Shown here in pieces: positions 19,277 through 28,928 of a stretch of 64,000 nucleotides of DNA. Source of the stretch: Chakrabartia sp. Its GTDB lineage: Bacteria > Pseudomonadota > Alphaproteobacteria > Sphingomonadales > Sphingomonadaceae. The notes beneath the pieces were generated by a model. That model was given only the letters and a program-made list of their open reading frames with translations, ran no database searches and was not told the origin of the DNA. Every line of letters starts with the position of its first letter. Position 1 is the stretch's first letter. The translations under genes and the position numbers were made by a program. Location of the stretch: NCBI GenBank assembly GCA_040079575.1, contig JBEBKH010000003.1, positions 7,854 to 71,853 on the forward strand, read 5' to 3'.

Positions 19277-20230
19277 ATGAAAATTGGTTTTATTGGTCTT
19301 GGCAATGTCGGCGGCAAACTTGCGGGGAGTTTGATCCGCAACGGCCATGATGTGACGGTCCGTGATCTCGATGATGCATTGGTTGCAGACTTTGTCGCGC
19401 GCGGGGCAAAGGCGGCGGCATCTCCCAAAGAACTGGGTGAGAATGTCGACCTGATCGTAACGTGCCTGCCCTCCCCCGCTGCAAGCGCGGCGGTGGCAGA
19501 AGGCGAAGATGGTTTTCTGAACGTCATGCGTGCGGGCCAGGTCTGGCTCGAAATGAGCACCACGGATTATAGCGAAATCATCCGCCTTGGCGCACTGGTT
19601 GAGGCGCGCGGGGCACTGTTTATGGAATGCCCCGTTTCGGGCGGGTGTCACCGCGCTGATACGGGTAATATCGCTATCTTTGCCGGCGGGCCGCGCGCGG
19701 CATTTGAATTCGTCCTGCCAGTGCTGACCACGATGGGGCGGCGTATCCTCCACACGGGCGAATTGGGAACCGCATCACAATTGAAGGTGATGACCAATTA
19801 TCTGTGCACCACCCATCTGGTTGCCTTGGCTGAAGCTTTGACGGTGTGTAAAGCGGTTGGGCTGGATATGAACACGACCTATGAAGCGATCCGCATTTCT
19901 TCTGGCAACAGCTTTGTCCATGAAACCGAGAGTCAGGTGATCCTGAACGGCAGTCGCGACATCAATTTCACGATGGATCTGGTGAGCAAGGATGTTGGGC
20001 TGTTTGACAAGATCGCGCATGAAGCCGGGGTTCCGGTTGAACTCTCTCCGTTAATCGTGCGGCTGTTTAAGGAAGGGGAAGCGGCATATGGCCCGCGCGA
20101 ATTTTCCCCCAACATCATCCGCCGTTATGAAGAACCGTTGGGCATAAAGGTACTCGGCACTGGCTTTCCAGCGGACATGGTAGATGATGAACCCGAAGAA
20201 CCCGGTTATGAAGTTGTGCCCCGTCGTTAG
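19277..20230 (+). CDS. NAD(P)-dependent beta-hydroxyacid dehydrogenase (3-hydroxyisobutyrate/6PGDH family)
   Basis: MKIGFIGLGNVG, ECPVSGG, SQLKVMTN catalytic Lys, FTMDLVSKD. Confidence 0.9.
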   Translation: MKIGFIGLGNVGGKLAGSLIRNGHDVTVRDLDDALVADFVARGAKAAASPKELGENVDLIVTCLPSPAASAAVAEGEDGFLNVMRAGQVWLEMSTTDYSEIIRLGALVEARGALFMECPVSGGCHRADTGNIAIFAGGPRAAFEFVLPVLTTMGRRILHTGELGTASQLKVMTNYLCTTHLVALAEALTVCKAVGLDMNTTYEAIRISSGNSFVHETESQVILNGSRDINFTMDLVSKDVGLFDKIAHEAGVPVELSPLIVRLFKEGEAAYGPREFSPNIIRRYEEPLGIKVLGTGFPADMVDDEPEEPGYEVVPRR

Positions 20231-20234
20231 ACCC

Positions 20235-20260
20235 AGGACCTGACCCTAGGGTCCGGCCCT
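20235..20260. repeat. Imperfect 26-bp palindrome centred on TA between convergent stop codons
   Basis: AGGACCTGACCC-TA-GGGTCCGGCCCT, 11 of 13 pairs; related to TTAGGGYCAGGRCCG motifs elsewhere. Confidence 0.6.
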
Positions 20261-20261
20261 A

Positions 20262-21185
20262 CTAAGCTGGTCCCGCAACGTTCGCCACAATCCAATCCAT
20301 AAAGGTGCGGATGCGGAGATTTTCTTTCATATCCTTGCGGCAGATCAGCCCCCATGTGCCGGGGCAAACTGCCTTATGGTCGATGGGGCGGACAAGGCGT
20401 CCAGCGGCAATATCCTGATCCACAAACGGCCCGTTGACCAGTGCAATGCCTTCATCATTCAGCGCCATTTCAAGCGCAACTGCGAGCGTATCGACCATCA
20501 GATAAGGGACCGAACGATCAAAGCTAATCCCAGCGGACTCGAACCACGTATTCCAGTTTTGCACCTCAGTATAAATTGCAACCAACGGCTGGTGCATCAC
20601 GTTTTCAAACGTCACGTCATCGCCCATATTCTTCATAAAAGTTGGGCTGCACACAGGGTAAAGCGCATATTCGAACAGGGGCACCCAGTGATATTTGGAC
20701 GCGTCGGGTGTCGTTTCGCAATAGACCAAGCCGACATCAGCGTGGACATCATCAAATTCCCATTCGACCGCACAGGTGCTCAACGTGAGTTTGACTTGAG
20801 GATTGGCAGCCAAAAATTGCGGGACACGCCGCGCAAGCCAGCGGATAGAGGCCGTAACATAGGTTTGAACCCGCAGCGGTTTATCAAGCGCGTTCCGGTG
20901 GACGGCCTCCACACCTTCCAACAGCGATTCAAAGGCGGCACGCACATAAGGGTAAAGCACCCGGCCTTCCTCAGACGATACGATGTGACGCCCTTCTTGT
21001 TCAAACAAAGCCACGCCCAGCGCGTCTTCGATCAATTGAACCTGATGGCTGACCGCGGGATGGGTGAGGCAGAGTTCATCGGCCGCATCGCGGATACTTT
21101 GATGCCGTGTCGCCGCTTCAAAACCCTTGAGGGCTTTGAGCGGGGGAAGTGCCCGAAGGTCAATCTTTGCGTGCATCTGCGCCAA
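20262..21185 (-). CDS. LysR family regulator (GcvA-like)
   Basis: LPPLKALKGFEAATRHQSIRDAADELCLTHPAVSHQVQLIE helix-turn-helix. Confidence 0.95.
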   Translation of the reverse strand: MAQMHAKIDLRALPPLKALKGFEAATRHQSIRDAADELCLTHPAVSHQVQLIEDALGVALFEQEGRHIVSSEEGRVLYPYVRAAFESLLEGVEAVHRNALDKPLRVQTYVTASIRWLARRVPQFLAANPQVKLTLSTCAVEWEFDDVHADVGLVYCETTPDASKYHWVPLFEYALYPVCSPTFMKNMGDDVTFENVMHQPLVAIYTEVQNWNTWFESAGISFDRSVPYLMVDTLAVALEMALNDEGIALVNGPFVDQDIAAGRLVRPIDHKAVCPGTWGLICRKDMKENLRIRTFMDWIVANVAGPA

Positions 21186-21252
21186 TCCCTGCGTTTCTAT
21201 CGTGATATGTTGCTAGCAGAGATTGGCTGGATTGGTAAATAAATTTAACGGA

Positions 21253-22872
21253 TTAAACCTGCGCGTCCTCAAGGATCATGGCAGCGCCTTTTTCAGCCAC
21301 CATCACGGTCGGCGCGTTGGTGTTCCCTGACGTAATGGTCGGGAATACTGACGCATCAACGACGCGCAAACCCGTGACGCCGTGCACACGCAAGCGCGCA
21401 TCGACGACCGAAGTCATAGGGTCTGGCCCCATCATGCAGGTGCTTGTGGGGTGATAGACAGTGTCAGCGCGCGCGCGAAAGTCCGCGAGTAAGGCGTCAT
21501 CACCGTCAACCTGCGTCCCAGGCATGATTTCTTCAGTAATGATATCGGCCAACGGTCGGGTCCGCGCGATCTGACGGAGCAAGCGGTTGCCCGCAAGGAC
21601 ATCATTTATGTCCGATTGTGTTGCAAGATAATTGGGATGGATGATCGGGTAAACCGACGCATCGGCTGATGCGAGTTCGATATGCCCCCGGCTCGTCGGG
21701 CGGCAGGGATTGTGTGAGAGCAGGAAGGCTGAAAAGGGATCAGGATTCAAGAGTTTCCGTTCAGAAAGCGGTGTCTTCGTATAGCTGACTGGACTGAAAT
21801 AGAGCTGCAAATTCGCATGCTGCTGGGACGGATCACTGCGCACGAAGCCCCCGCTTTGATTGACGCTCAAGGACAAAGGCCCAGCGCGGTCTGCCGCATA
21901 ACGAAGCCCTGCTCGAATCTTACCAAGAAACGGATACAAAACATCATTCAAAGTCGCCGTGCGCACCTTATAGAAATATGAAACAGCAATATGATCCTGC
22001 ATATTTCGGCCAACAGCCTTGGCATCAACAAGTGGTTCGATTCCGACGCGTTTCAAATGATCAGCATCACCAATGCCGGACAGCATCAACAATTGCGGCG
22101 AATTGATCGCGCCGCCAGATAAGATCACCTCACGCCGCGCCTTAACCTGACAAATTTTCCCGCGACGCCTATATTCAATCCCCACCGCGCGCCGCCCCTC
22201 AAAAAGGATACGTGTAGCGAGCGCATGGGTTCGCAGCGCAAGCGTCTTGCGCTTGCGCACTGGGCGCAAAAAAGCATTCGCCGTTGATGCACGCCACCCG
22301 CCGCGCGTGTTGATCTGATAAAAGCCAACGCCTTCAGGATGTCCGCCGTTGAAATCGCTGCTGCCCGGAAAGCCCAGCGCCTGTGCGGTCTCTATAAAAC
22401 TATGGCAGACGGGATGAACATGAGGAGAAATGTCAGTGACATGCTGCAACCCGCCGCGCCCGTGATACGCACTATGCCAGTCAAAATCCTCTGACTTTTT
22501 GAAATATGGCAACACATCACTCCACCCCCACCCGGGGTTGCCTAATGCCTTCCAATCCTCAAAATCACGCGGCTGACCGCGCACATAGACCATCGCATTG
22601 ATAGAACCCGATCCGCCAACAACCTTTCCGCGCGGCCAATAGCTGCGCCGCCCGCCAAGCGATGCCACCGGCTCTGTATCGTACATCCAGTTGATGCGCT
22701 TATCGAAGAAGGTGCGGCCATAGCCAATCGGCATCTGAATCCAAATCGACAGATCACTGCCACCGGCTTCGAGCAAAAGGACCGTGCTTTTGCCATCCGC
22801 CGTCAGGCGATTGGCCAGCACACAGCCCGCCGTGCCTGCGCCAACGACAATATAATCAAATTCCTCAATCAC
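21253..22872 (-). CDS. GMC oxidoreductase (choline dehydrogenase-like)
   Basis: [35 protein letters not shown] (His/Asn catalytic pair). Confidence 0.93.
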   Translation of the reverse strand: MIEEFDYIVVGAGTAGCVLANRLTADGKSTVLLLEAGGSDLSIWIQMPIGYGRTFFDKRINWMYDTEPVASLGGRRSYWPRGKVVGGSGSINAMVYVRGQPRDFEDWKALGNPGWGWSDVLPYFKKSEDFDWHSAYHGRGGLQHVTDISPHVHPVCHSFIETAQALGFPGSSDFNGGHPEGVGFYQINTRGGWRASTANAFLRPVRKRKTLALRTHALATRILFEGRRAVGIEYRRRGKICQVKARREVILSGGAINSPQLLMLSGIGDADHLKRVGIEPLVDAKAVGRNMQDHIAVSYFYKVRTATLNDVLYPFLGKIRAGLRYAADRAGPLSLSVNQSGGFVRSDPSQQHANLQLYFSPVSYTKTPLSERKLLNPDPFSAFLLSHNPCRPTSRGHIELASADASVYPIIHPNYLATQSDINDVLAGNRLLRQIARTRPLADIITEEIMPGTQVDGDDALLADFRARADTVYHPTSTCMMGPDPMTSVVDARLRVHGVTGLRVVDASVFPTITSGNTNAPTVMVAEKGAAMILEDAQV

Positions 22873-24056
22873 CGAACGGGATATTGCGTCATATCAAGAT
22901 GCAACATCGTGCCCGTATACGGGTTGGCACGCGCCACATCTTCATTCAGTTCAATGCCGAGGCCCGGCGCTGTCGGCGGGATGACATGCCCGTCTTCGAA
23001 CTGGATGGGTTTTTTCAAAATCTCGCTGTGAAAGCCGCCCCATGTCTCAATACTTTCGAGGATCAGAAAATTGGGTGAGCACGTAGCGATTTGGATATTC
23101 GCCGCCCCGACAATCGGGCCGCAATAGAGGTGCGGTGCGATCTGAGCATGATAGACCTCGGCCATTCCCGCAATCTTTTTGGCTTCAAGAATACCGCCAA
23201 CGCGCCCAAGGTTCATTTGCAGGATGGCGGCGGCCCCAGCCTTCAGCAATCGTGCAAAATCATATTTGGTGGTCAGTCGCTCTCCCGTCGCAATCGGAAT
23301 GCTGGTCGCGCGCGCAACCTTTGCCATTTCATCAGGCGCATCGGGCGGCACAGGTTCTTCGAGCCACAAAGGGTCATAGGGTTCCAAGCGCTTGGCAAGA
23401 CGGATCGCGCTCGTCGCGGTCATTTGACCGTGCGTCCCAAAGAGGAGGTCCGCCTTGTTGCCTACCGCCTCTCGCAAAGATTTGGCAAAGCGTTCCGACA
23501 GATCGAGGGCATCGAGTGATAATTGCCGCCCGTCAAATGCCGAATAGGGACCCGCTGGATCAAATTTGAGCGCCGTAAACCCCTGGGCCAAATATTCAGC
23601 CGCGCGTTCCGCTGCTAGATCGGGATCATGATAAACATCGCTTTGGTCACCCGCGCGCGGATAAATATAAGTGTAAGCCCGCAAGCGTTCGTGCACTTGC
23701 CCACCAAGCAGTTTGTAAACCGGCTTATTGGCCTCCTTGCCGATAATATCCCAGCACGCCATTTCAAGCGCGGAGAGCACTCCCATCAATGTCAAATCAG
23801 GATGCTGTGTAAAGCCGCTTGAATAAACCCGCCGCCACAGTGTTTCTATGTCATGCGGGTCATTGCCGACACCATAACGCGCGAACACATCCTCAATCAT
23901 CTTGGCAACCAGATGCGGTTCGAACGGCACGCAATAGGCCTCACCGATACCAGACACGCCACAGTCCGTCGTTAACTTCACAAAAACGAAATAGCGGCCA
24001 CCAAAATGCGGCGGCGGATTGCCGACCACAAAGGTTTCGATGTCAGTCAGTTTCAT
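22869..24056 (-). CDS. Mandelate racemase/muconate lactonizing (enolase superfamily) enzyme
   Basis: GIGEA, EMACWDIIGK, ALKFD, WLEEP, TGER, APH motifs. Confidence 0.9.
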   Translation of the reverse strand: MKLTDIETFVVGNPPPHFGGRYFVFVKLTTDCGVSGIGEAYCVPFEPHLVAKMIEDVFARYGVGNDPHDIETLWRRVYSSGFTQHPDLTLMGVLSALEMACWDIIGKEANKPVYKLLGGQVHERLRAYTYIYPRAGDQSDVYHDPDLAAERAAEYLAQGFTALKFDPAGPYSAFDGRQLSLDALDLSERFAKSLREAVGNKADLLFGTHGQMTATSAIRLAKRLEPYDPLWLEEPVPPDAPDEMAKVARATSIPIATGERLTTKYDFARLLKAGAAAILQMNLGRVGGILEAKKIAGMAEVYHAQIAPHLYCGPIVGAANIQIATCSPNFLILESIETWGGFHSEILKKPIQFEDGHVIPPTAPGLGIELNEDVARANPYTGTMLHLDMTQYPVR

Positions 24057-25492
24057 CCTTCGAATCCGTTGATGACCTTGATCTCAAGGAAATCATGCAA
24101 GCCCCATTCACCCCATTCGCGGCCATTGCCCGACTGTTTGTAGCCCCCGAACGGAGATCCATAATCCTGTCCAGCGCCGTTGATGCTAACGCCGCCCGCG
24201 CGCAGTCGGCGTGAAACGCGGCGTGCACGCTCTAGATCACCACTTTGGACATAAGCAGCCAAGCCATAAGGCGAATCATTGGCGATTTCGATGGCATCCG
24301 CTTCATCTTTGAAGGGGATCATGACGAGGACTGGCCCGAAAACCTCTTCTTGCGCAATCGCCATATTGTTGTTGACGCCTGCAAAGATCGTCGGTTTCAC
24401 ATAATAGCCGCGATCAAAACCGTCCGCCCGTCCAGTCCCGCCCGCAATCACCTGTGCCCCTTCATCAATGCCAATTTGGATCAGGCGTTGGATCTTATCA
24501 AATTGTAATTTGCTGACGACGGGTCCAAAATGCGCGCCCTTTTCCATCGGATCACCCAACTTTGCGTCCGTCGCCGCGACCCGCGCGGCAATGGCAACCG
24601 CTTCGTCATAAACCGACGCTTCAACAAGCATACGGGTTGGCGCGTTGCAGGATTGCCCTGCATTTTCAAAGCAGTGCAGGACACCGCGTTTAACCGCAGC
24701 CTCCAAATCTGAATCAGCAAATACAATGTTGGCAGATTTGCCGCCCAATTCCTGCGACACACGTTTAACCGTGTCCGCTGCTGACTTTGCGACTTGAATG
24801 CCGGCGCGGGTTGATCCGGTGAAGGAGATCATATCGACTTCTGGATGGCTGGTCAGCGCGTCGCCAATTGCCGGCCCTGTGCCGTGGACCATGTTAAATA
24901 CGCCGGGCGGAAAACCTGCCTCATCAATGAATGCAGCAAAAAGCTGGGCTGAAAGAGGCGCGACTTCACTGGGTTTCAAAACCATCGTGCAACCAGCAAT
25001 AAGGGCGGGACCAACCTTTGCCGCCAGCTGGTTAATCGGCCAGTTCCACGGGGTGATCAGGACGCAGACACCAATGGGTTCACGGACAAGACGGGCATGG
25101 GCACCCATCTTGCGTTCCCACTCCATCTCACGCGCAGCCTTGATCGTTTCTTTGAGATGACCGGGGCCGCATTCGGCCTGCGCATTGAACGATAGATCAT
25201 AAGGTGCGCCCATTTCAGTTGAAATAGCAGTCACCATTTCAGCGTAGCGCCGTTCAAATATGGCGATCAGCTTTTCCGTCAGCGCGATACGGTCTTCAAG
25301 CGATGTCGCGGCATAGCCCTCAAACGCAGCCCGCGCTGCTTGGACAGCACGGTCGACGTCATCATGCCCACATACGGCAATTGTCGCACAGACCTCCTCC
25401 GTTGCAGGATTGATCGCAGTGACAGTTTCGGTCGAAGTGGCGGGAAGAACCCACGCACCGTTGATATAGGATTTGAATAGACCTTCAGACAT
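24053..25492 (-). CDS. Aldehyde dehydrogenase
   Basis: ITPWNWP, KPSE, FTGS, QELGGKS, GQSC catalytic Cys, EEVFGPV; start at MSEGLF overlapping the MFS stop. Confidence 0.95.
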   Translation of the reverse strand: MSEGLFKSYINGAWVLPATSTETVTAINPATEEVCATIAVCGHDDVDRAVQAARAAFEGYAATSLEDRIALTEKLIAIFERRYAEMVTAISTEMGAPYDLSFNAQAECGPGHLKETIKAAREMEWERKMGAHARLVREPIGVCVLITPWNWPINQLAAKVGPALIAGCTMVLKPSEVAPLSAQLFAAFIDEAGFPPGVFNMVHGTGPAIGDALTSHPEVDMISFTGSTRAGIQVAKSAADTVKRVSQELGGKSANIVFADSDLEAAVKRGVLHCFENAGQSCNAPTRMLVEASVYDEAVAIAARVAATDAKLGDPMEKGAHFGPVVSKLQFDKIQRLIQIGIDEGAQVIAGGTGRADGFDRGYYVKPTIFAGVNNNMAIAQEEVFGPVLVMIPFKDEADAIEIANDSPYGLAAYVQSGDLERARRVSRRLRAGGVSINGAGQDYGSPFGGYKQSGNGREWGEWGLHDFLEIKVINGFEG

Positions 25493-26801
25493 ACCCAACG
25501 GCTCTTTTCTGATCTTCAATCACATATTTTTCAGCGCGCCAATAATGCCACGCCGCCCAAAAACCAGTGGGGGCGAGAACGAGCAATGCCATGCGTAATG
25601 ATGCAGCATCCGCCCCAGCAGGCCCTGCGAAATAGTCGCTGAGAAAGCCAACGCCTTGCGGCGCAATGATCAGGTTGAAAACATTGGCTATCAACAGCGA
25701 AATTGCAATGAACATAGCCCGCATCTTTGGCGGCGCGAGATTTTGCGCCAACGAAAAGGCCGGGCCAATGTAGAAATAAATTGCAGGAATGAACAGCCAC
25801 CACATCGCTGTGGCCAGCGTCAAAGACTGCGTATAATAAGCGATAATCGATGGGATCGTCGCAAGCGCTGTCACAACACCCAGCAACCGTAATATCTTTC
25901 TCGGGTCTGTATAGGCAGGGCGGGCGACGAGCCAAGCCGTCAAAAGCGACGCCCCAATACCCATCACCAGATGGATTGGCCCAACGACAGCCCCCGCCTC
26001 TCCGACATCAAGATTATAAGTCCGCTGAATAAATGTTGGAGTAAACCACATCAGCCCCCAACCCCATAGCGCGGAAACACCGCTCCCCATCATAGCGTGA
26101 ACAGCCGCTTTTTGCGACCAAAGAAATTTAATCGTTTCCATTACCGGAGGCGCCGGTTCATCGGATACGGCGTCAAGCCGCCCGCGCGCAGGCTCTTTGA
26201 TCGTCAAGAAAATGAACAGTGCCAAAATAACTCCTGGTACGCCGAGCACATAGAAGGCCGCGCGCCAGCCATAGTCTGCCGCAACCGCGCCCGCCATATC
26301 AGCGCCTAGCCAAGCACCAATCGGCGCACCAAGTGCAAAAACGGTCATCGCCATAGCGCGGCGGCTGGCGGGGAAATAATCCGCAACAATCGCATTGCAT
26401 GATGGGGTTCCGCCAGCTTCGCCAATGCCGACACCAATCCGGGCGAGCAGCAGTTGCATATAACCCTGCGACATGCCGCACAGAGCGGTCATCGCCGACC
26501 AGATTGTCATTGAAATGGCGAGCAAATTCTTGCGGTTGTAGCGATCTGCAATCCAGGACAGGGGGATCCCCATTGTCACATAGAACAGCGCCAATGAAAC
26601 ACCGGTAAGAAACGCAACCCCGCCGTCAGTCAGTTTCAGTTCAAGCCGGATGGGTTCCAAAACCGTCGACATGACATAGCGATCCGCAATGTTGATCGTA
26701 TAGGCGAGCATCATGATGATAAGAACGTACCAGCGCTGCCCTAGCGTCGAGACTTGATCGGCATTGACTGTTCCGGTCGGCGCACTGCTCGCCATACTCA
26801 T
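25485..26801 (-). CDS. MFS transporter (Spinster-like)
   Basis: INIADR, WIADRYNRK, ARIGVGIGEAG motifs; about 12 hydrophobic segments. Confidence 0.92.
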   Translation of the reverse strand: MSMASSAPTGTVNADQVSTLGQRWYVLIIMMLAYTINIADRYVMSTVLEPIRLELKLTDGGVAFLTGVSLALFYVTMGIPLSWIADRYNRKNLLAISMTIWSAMTALCGMSQGYMQLLLARIGVGIGEAGGTPSCNAIVADYFPASRRAMAMTVFALGAPIGAWLGADMAGAVAADYGWRAAFYVLGVPGVILALFIFLTIKEPARGRLDAVSDEPAPPVMETIKFLWSQKAAVHAMMGSGVSALWGWGLMWFTPTFIQRTYNLDVGEAGAVVGPIHLVMGIGASLLTAWLVARPAYTDPRKILRLLGVVTALATIPSIIAYYTQSLTLATAMWWLFIPAIYFYIGPAFSLAQNLAPPKMRAMFIAISLLIANVFNLIIAPQGVGFLSDYFAGPAGADAASLRMALLVLAPTGFWAAWHYWRAEKYVIEDQKRAVGYV

Positions 26802-26806
26802 TCCCC

Positions 26807-28813
26807 TCAGGTTGCGGCCAATTCTGGCCCTAATATGTCGCGCAGTGGATCAAGATAGAGGGAGAAATTCTCCCATTGATCAACGCCGCTTTTGAATATT
26901 GGTTGTCGTACTTGTTCTGAACTGGCGGTGCGCACCGCGCGTTCGGTTTTGTGAAAATTGATACAGGCCTCTTCAAAAGGGAGGCCGCAGAAATCAAGCA
27001 GACGGCGCACTTGTGATTCAATGTCTGCAACGACATCTTCATAGTGCACACGCAGAACTTTTCCGGGCAGGAGTGTGTCCCAATGGTCCATCAGCGCAAC
27101 ATAGTCTTTGTAATAACGCCCAACTTCCTCCAGCCCATAAGTGAATTCTTGGCCCTCCGCGAACAATTGCTTGAAACCACTAAAACAGCATCCCATCGCC
27201 CCACGCCGCGCATCGATGATCTTGGCATTGGGTAATATCATGTGAATAAGGCCAATGTGCCGGAAGTTATTGGGCATCTTGTCGATGAAAAATGGTGTGC
27301 CCTGTTTACGCTGGATTTGGGTATCGCGAATGAAAGCTTCGCCAAAGGCCGTCAGTTCCTCATGGCGCAATTCACCCAAATTGGCAGGGTAACGCGCTTC
27401 TTCATCTATTCGCCTGCGGCCATCAAGTTTGTGCGCAAGCGCAAGGATGTTGGGCAACTCCATTGTCCCTTCCACCTGACTATGCGATGACAGTATCTGT
27501 TCAAGCAGCGTCGATCCTGCACGGGGAAGGCCAAGGATGAAGATCGGATCGGCGGCCTTGCAACCGGCTCCCGATGTTTTTGCAAATAATTCTGGTGTGC
27601 AATGTTCAATCTGGAGCGCGATTTCGTTTGAAATTCTGCGCCAATCATAACCGACCTCTTCGCGTTTCAAACGATTGCCGCGTTCATAATAGACGAAGGA
27701 TGCGCCATAATCTCCGCGATCCTCCAGCGCCTTACCAAGCGCAAAACACAGGTGATAACGGTCCGCAAGCTGGGTCGATTTGCTATCTTCATGTACACGC
27801 ATCGCCGCGATCTGAACGTCATCAAATTTATAGGTTTTGAGGTTGGCCAAGCTCCAATAGGCGTCACCATAATCAGGCTTTATGCTATACGCCTTCGTAT
27901 AGGCCGCTATTGCTTCTTTTTGTTGTCCCGTGGTTTTGAGGGCATGGCCAAGCGTGAGGTGAATGTTAGGGTTGTTGGGCACCTGCTCAGCCCGCGCGCG
28001 GTAAACGGCAAGCGCCTCATCAAAATTACCGACCGCCAAATTCTGATTGGCGTAGAGCATATCAAGCTGAGGATTTTCCGGCTCTTTCGCGCGCAGCAGC
28101 CGGGCCTGTTCCAAGGCCTCAGCAAACTTCTGCCGTTTCTGAAGCGTTTCGACATAGTCGAAATGCGCGCCGACATTATCCGGGTCAAGCTCTACCGCCG
28201 ATTCGAGCAGGAACTCTGCTTCGTCATGCACGTTGAAGCTCATGCCAATCTGCGCGAGGAAGCGCATCCCTTCGACATGGTGGCCCTGCGTCTGGAGGAA
28301 GTGTCGGCACAATTGTTCCGCCTTATACAACTTGCCTTCCTGGATCAGGCTGGCAACTGAGAGCAATTGCGGCGGAAGGGATGAAAGATAGTCAACCTGC
28401 GCTGCAGCAAAATCAACTGCCGTTTCACGACCAGCATCTGCGTGATAAGTTTCCAGCATCTGCCAGCTGCCGAGCAACGCATTATTGCGCGCAACTGCTT
28501 CCTGATAGGCAGCAAAAGCAGCCTCTGTATCGCCTTGATCGCGCAGGCAATGGGCAGATTCCTGATGGGCACGGCCATTGGCTGGATCGAGTGCGATCAG
28601 TCTTTGCGTTTGAACGAGCGCATCCGTGAAATTTTGTTGAAGGCGACGTGCGACCGCAAGCGTGTAGAGTGCCTCCGTCTGGTCTGGCGTCTCATCAAGC
28701 AGCGCTTGACAGGCAGAAGCCGCATCCGCGATCCGTCCAGACTGCAACAGCTGCCGCGCGCGGCGTAGCACTTCTTCGGGGTTTTCCACCTCAGTGGCCA
28801 GTTGCATTGTCAT
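26807..28813 (-). CDS. TPR-repeat protein fused to a C-terminal PAPS-dependent sulfotransferase domain
   Basis: Multiple TPR-like helical repeats, then PIFILGLPRAGSTLLEQIL (5'-PSB loop), FIDKMPNNF, IIDARR..MGCCFS; AGGGA RBS before MTMQL; the ORF-track extension to 29155 overlaps the TBDR. Confidence 0.9.
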   Translation of the reverse strand: MTMQLATEVENPEEVLRRARQLLQSGRIADAASACQALLDETPDQTEALYTLAVARRLQQNFTDALVQTQRLIALDPANGRAHQESAHCLRDQGDTEAAFAAYQEAVARNNALLGSWQMLETYHADAGRETAVDFAAAQVDYLSSLPPQLLSVASLIQEGKLYKAEQLCRHFLQTQGHHVEGMRFLAQIGMSFNVHDEAEFLLESAVELDPDNVGAHFDYVETLQKRQKFAEALEQARLLRAKEPENPQLDMLYANQNLAVGNFDEALAVYRARAEQVPNNPNIHLTLGHALKTTGQQKEAIAAYTKAYSIKPDYGDAYWSLANLKTYKFDDVQIAAMRVHEDSKSTQLADRYHLCFALGKALEDRGDYGASFVYYERGNRLKREEVGYDWRRISNEIALQIEHCTPELFAKTSGAGCKAADPIFILGLPRAGSTLLEQILSSHSQVEGTMELPNILALAHKLDGRRRIDEEARYPANLGELRHEELTAFGEAFIRDTQIQRKQGTPFFIDKMPNNFRHIGLIHMILPNAKIIDARRGAMGCCFSGFKQLFAEGQEFTYGLEEVGRYYKDYVALMDHWDTLLPGKVLRVHYEDVVADIESQVRRLLDFCGLPFEEACINFHKTERAVRTASSEQVRQPIFKSGVDQWENFSLYLDPLRDILGPELAAT

Positions 28814-28891
28814 GTTTTCATCCCTGGACCCTTGGTCTTTCGACATATCTGATCCAGAACGGGCACTGCGTGCAATGAAATTCGAGAAAGC

Positions 28892-28918
28892 GGGCGCCCT
28901 GGCCAAGCCAGAGCGCCC
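28892..28918 (-). terminator. GC-rich hairpin between the TBDR and sulfotransferase genes (possible terminator/mRNA stabiliser)
   Basis: GGGCGC-C-CTGGC / GCCAG-A-GCGCCC stem. Confidence 0.45.
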
Positions 28919-28928
28919 TTCCCAACTG

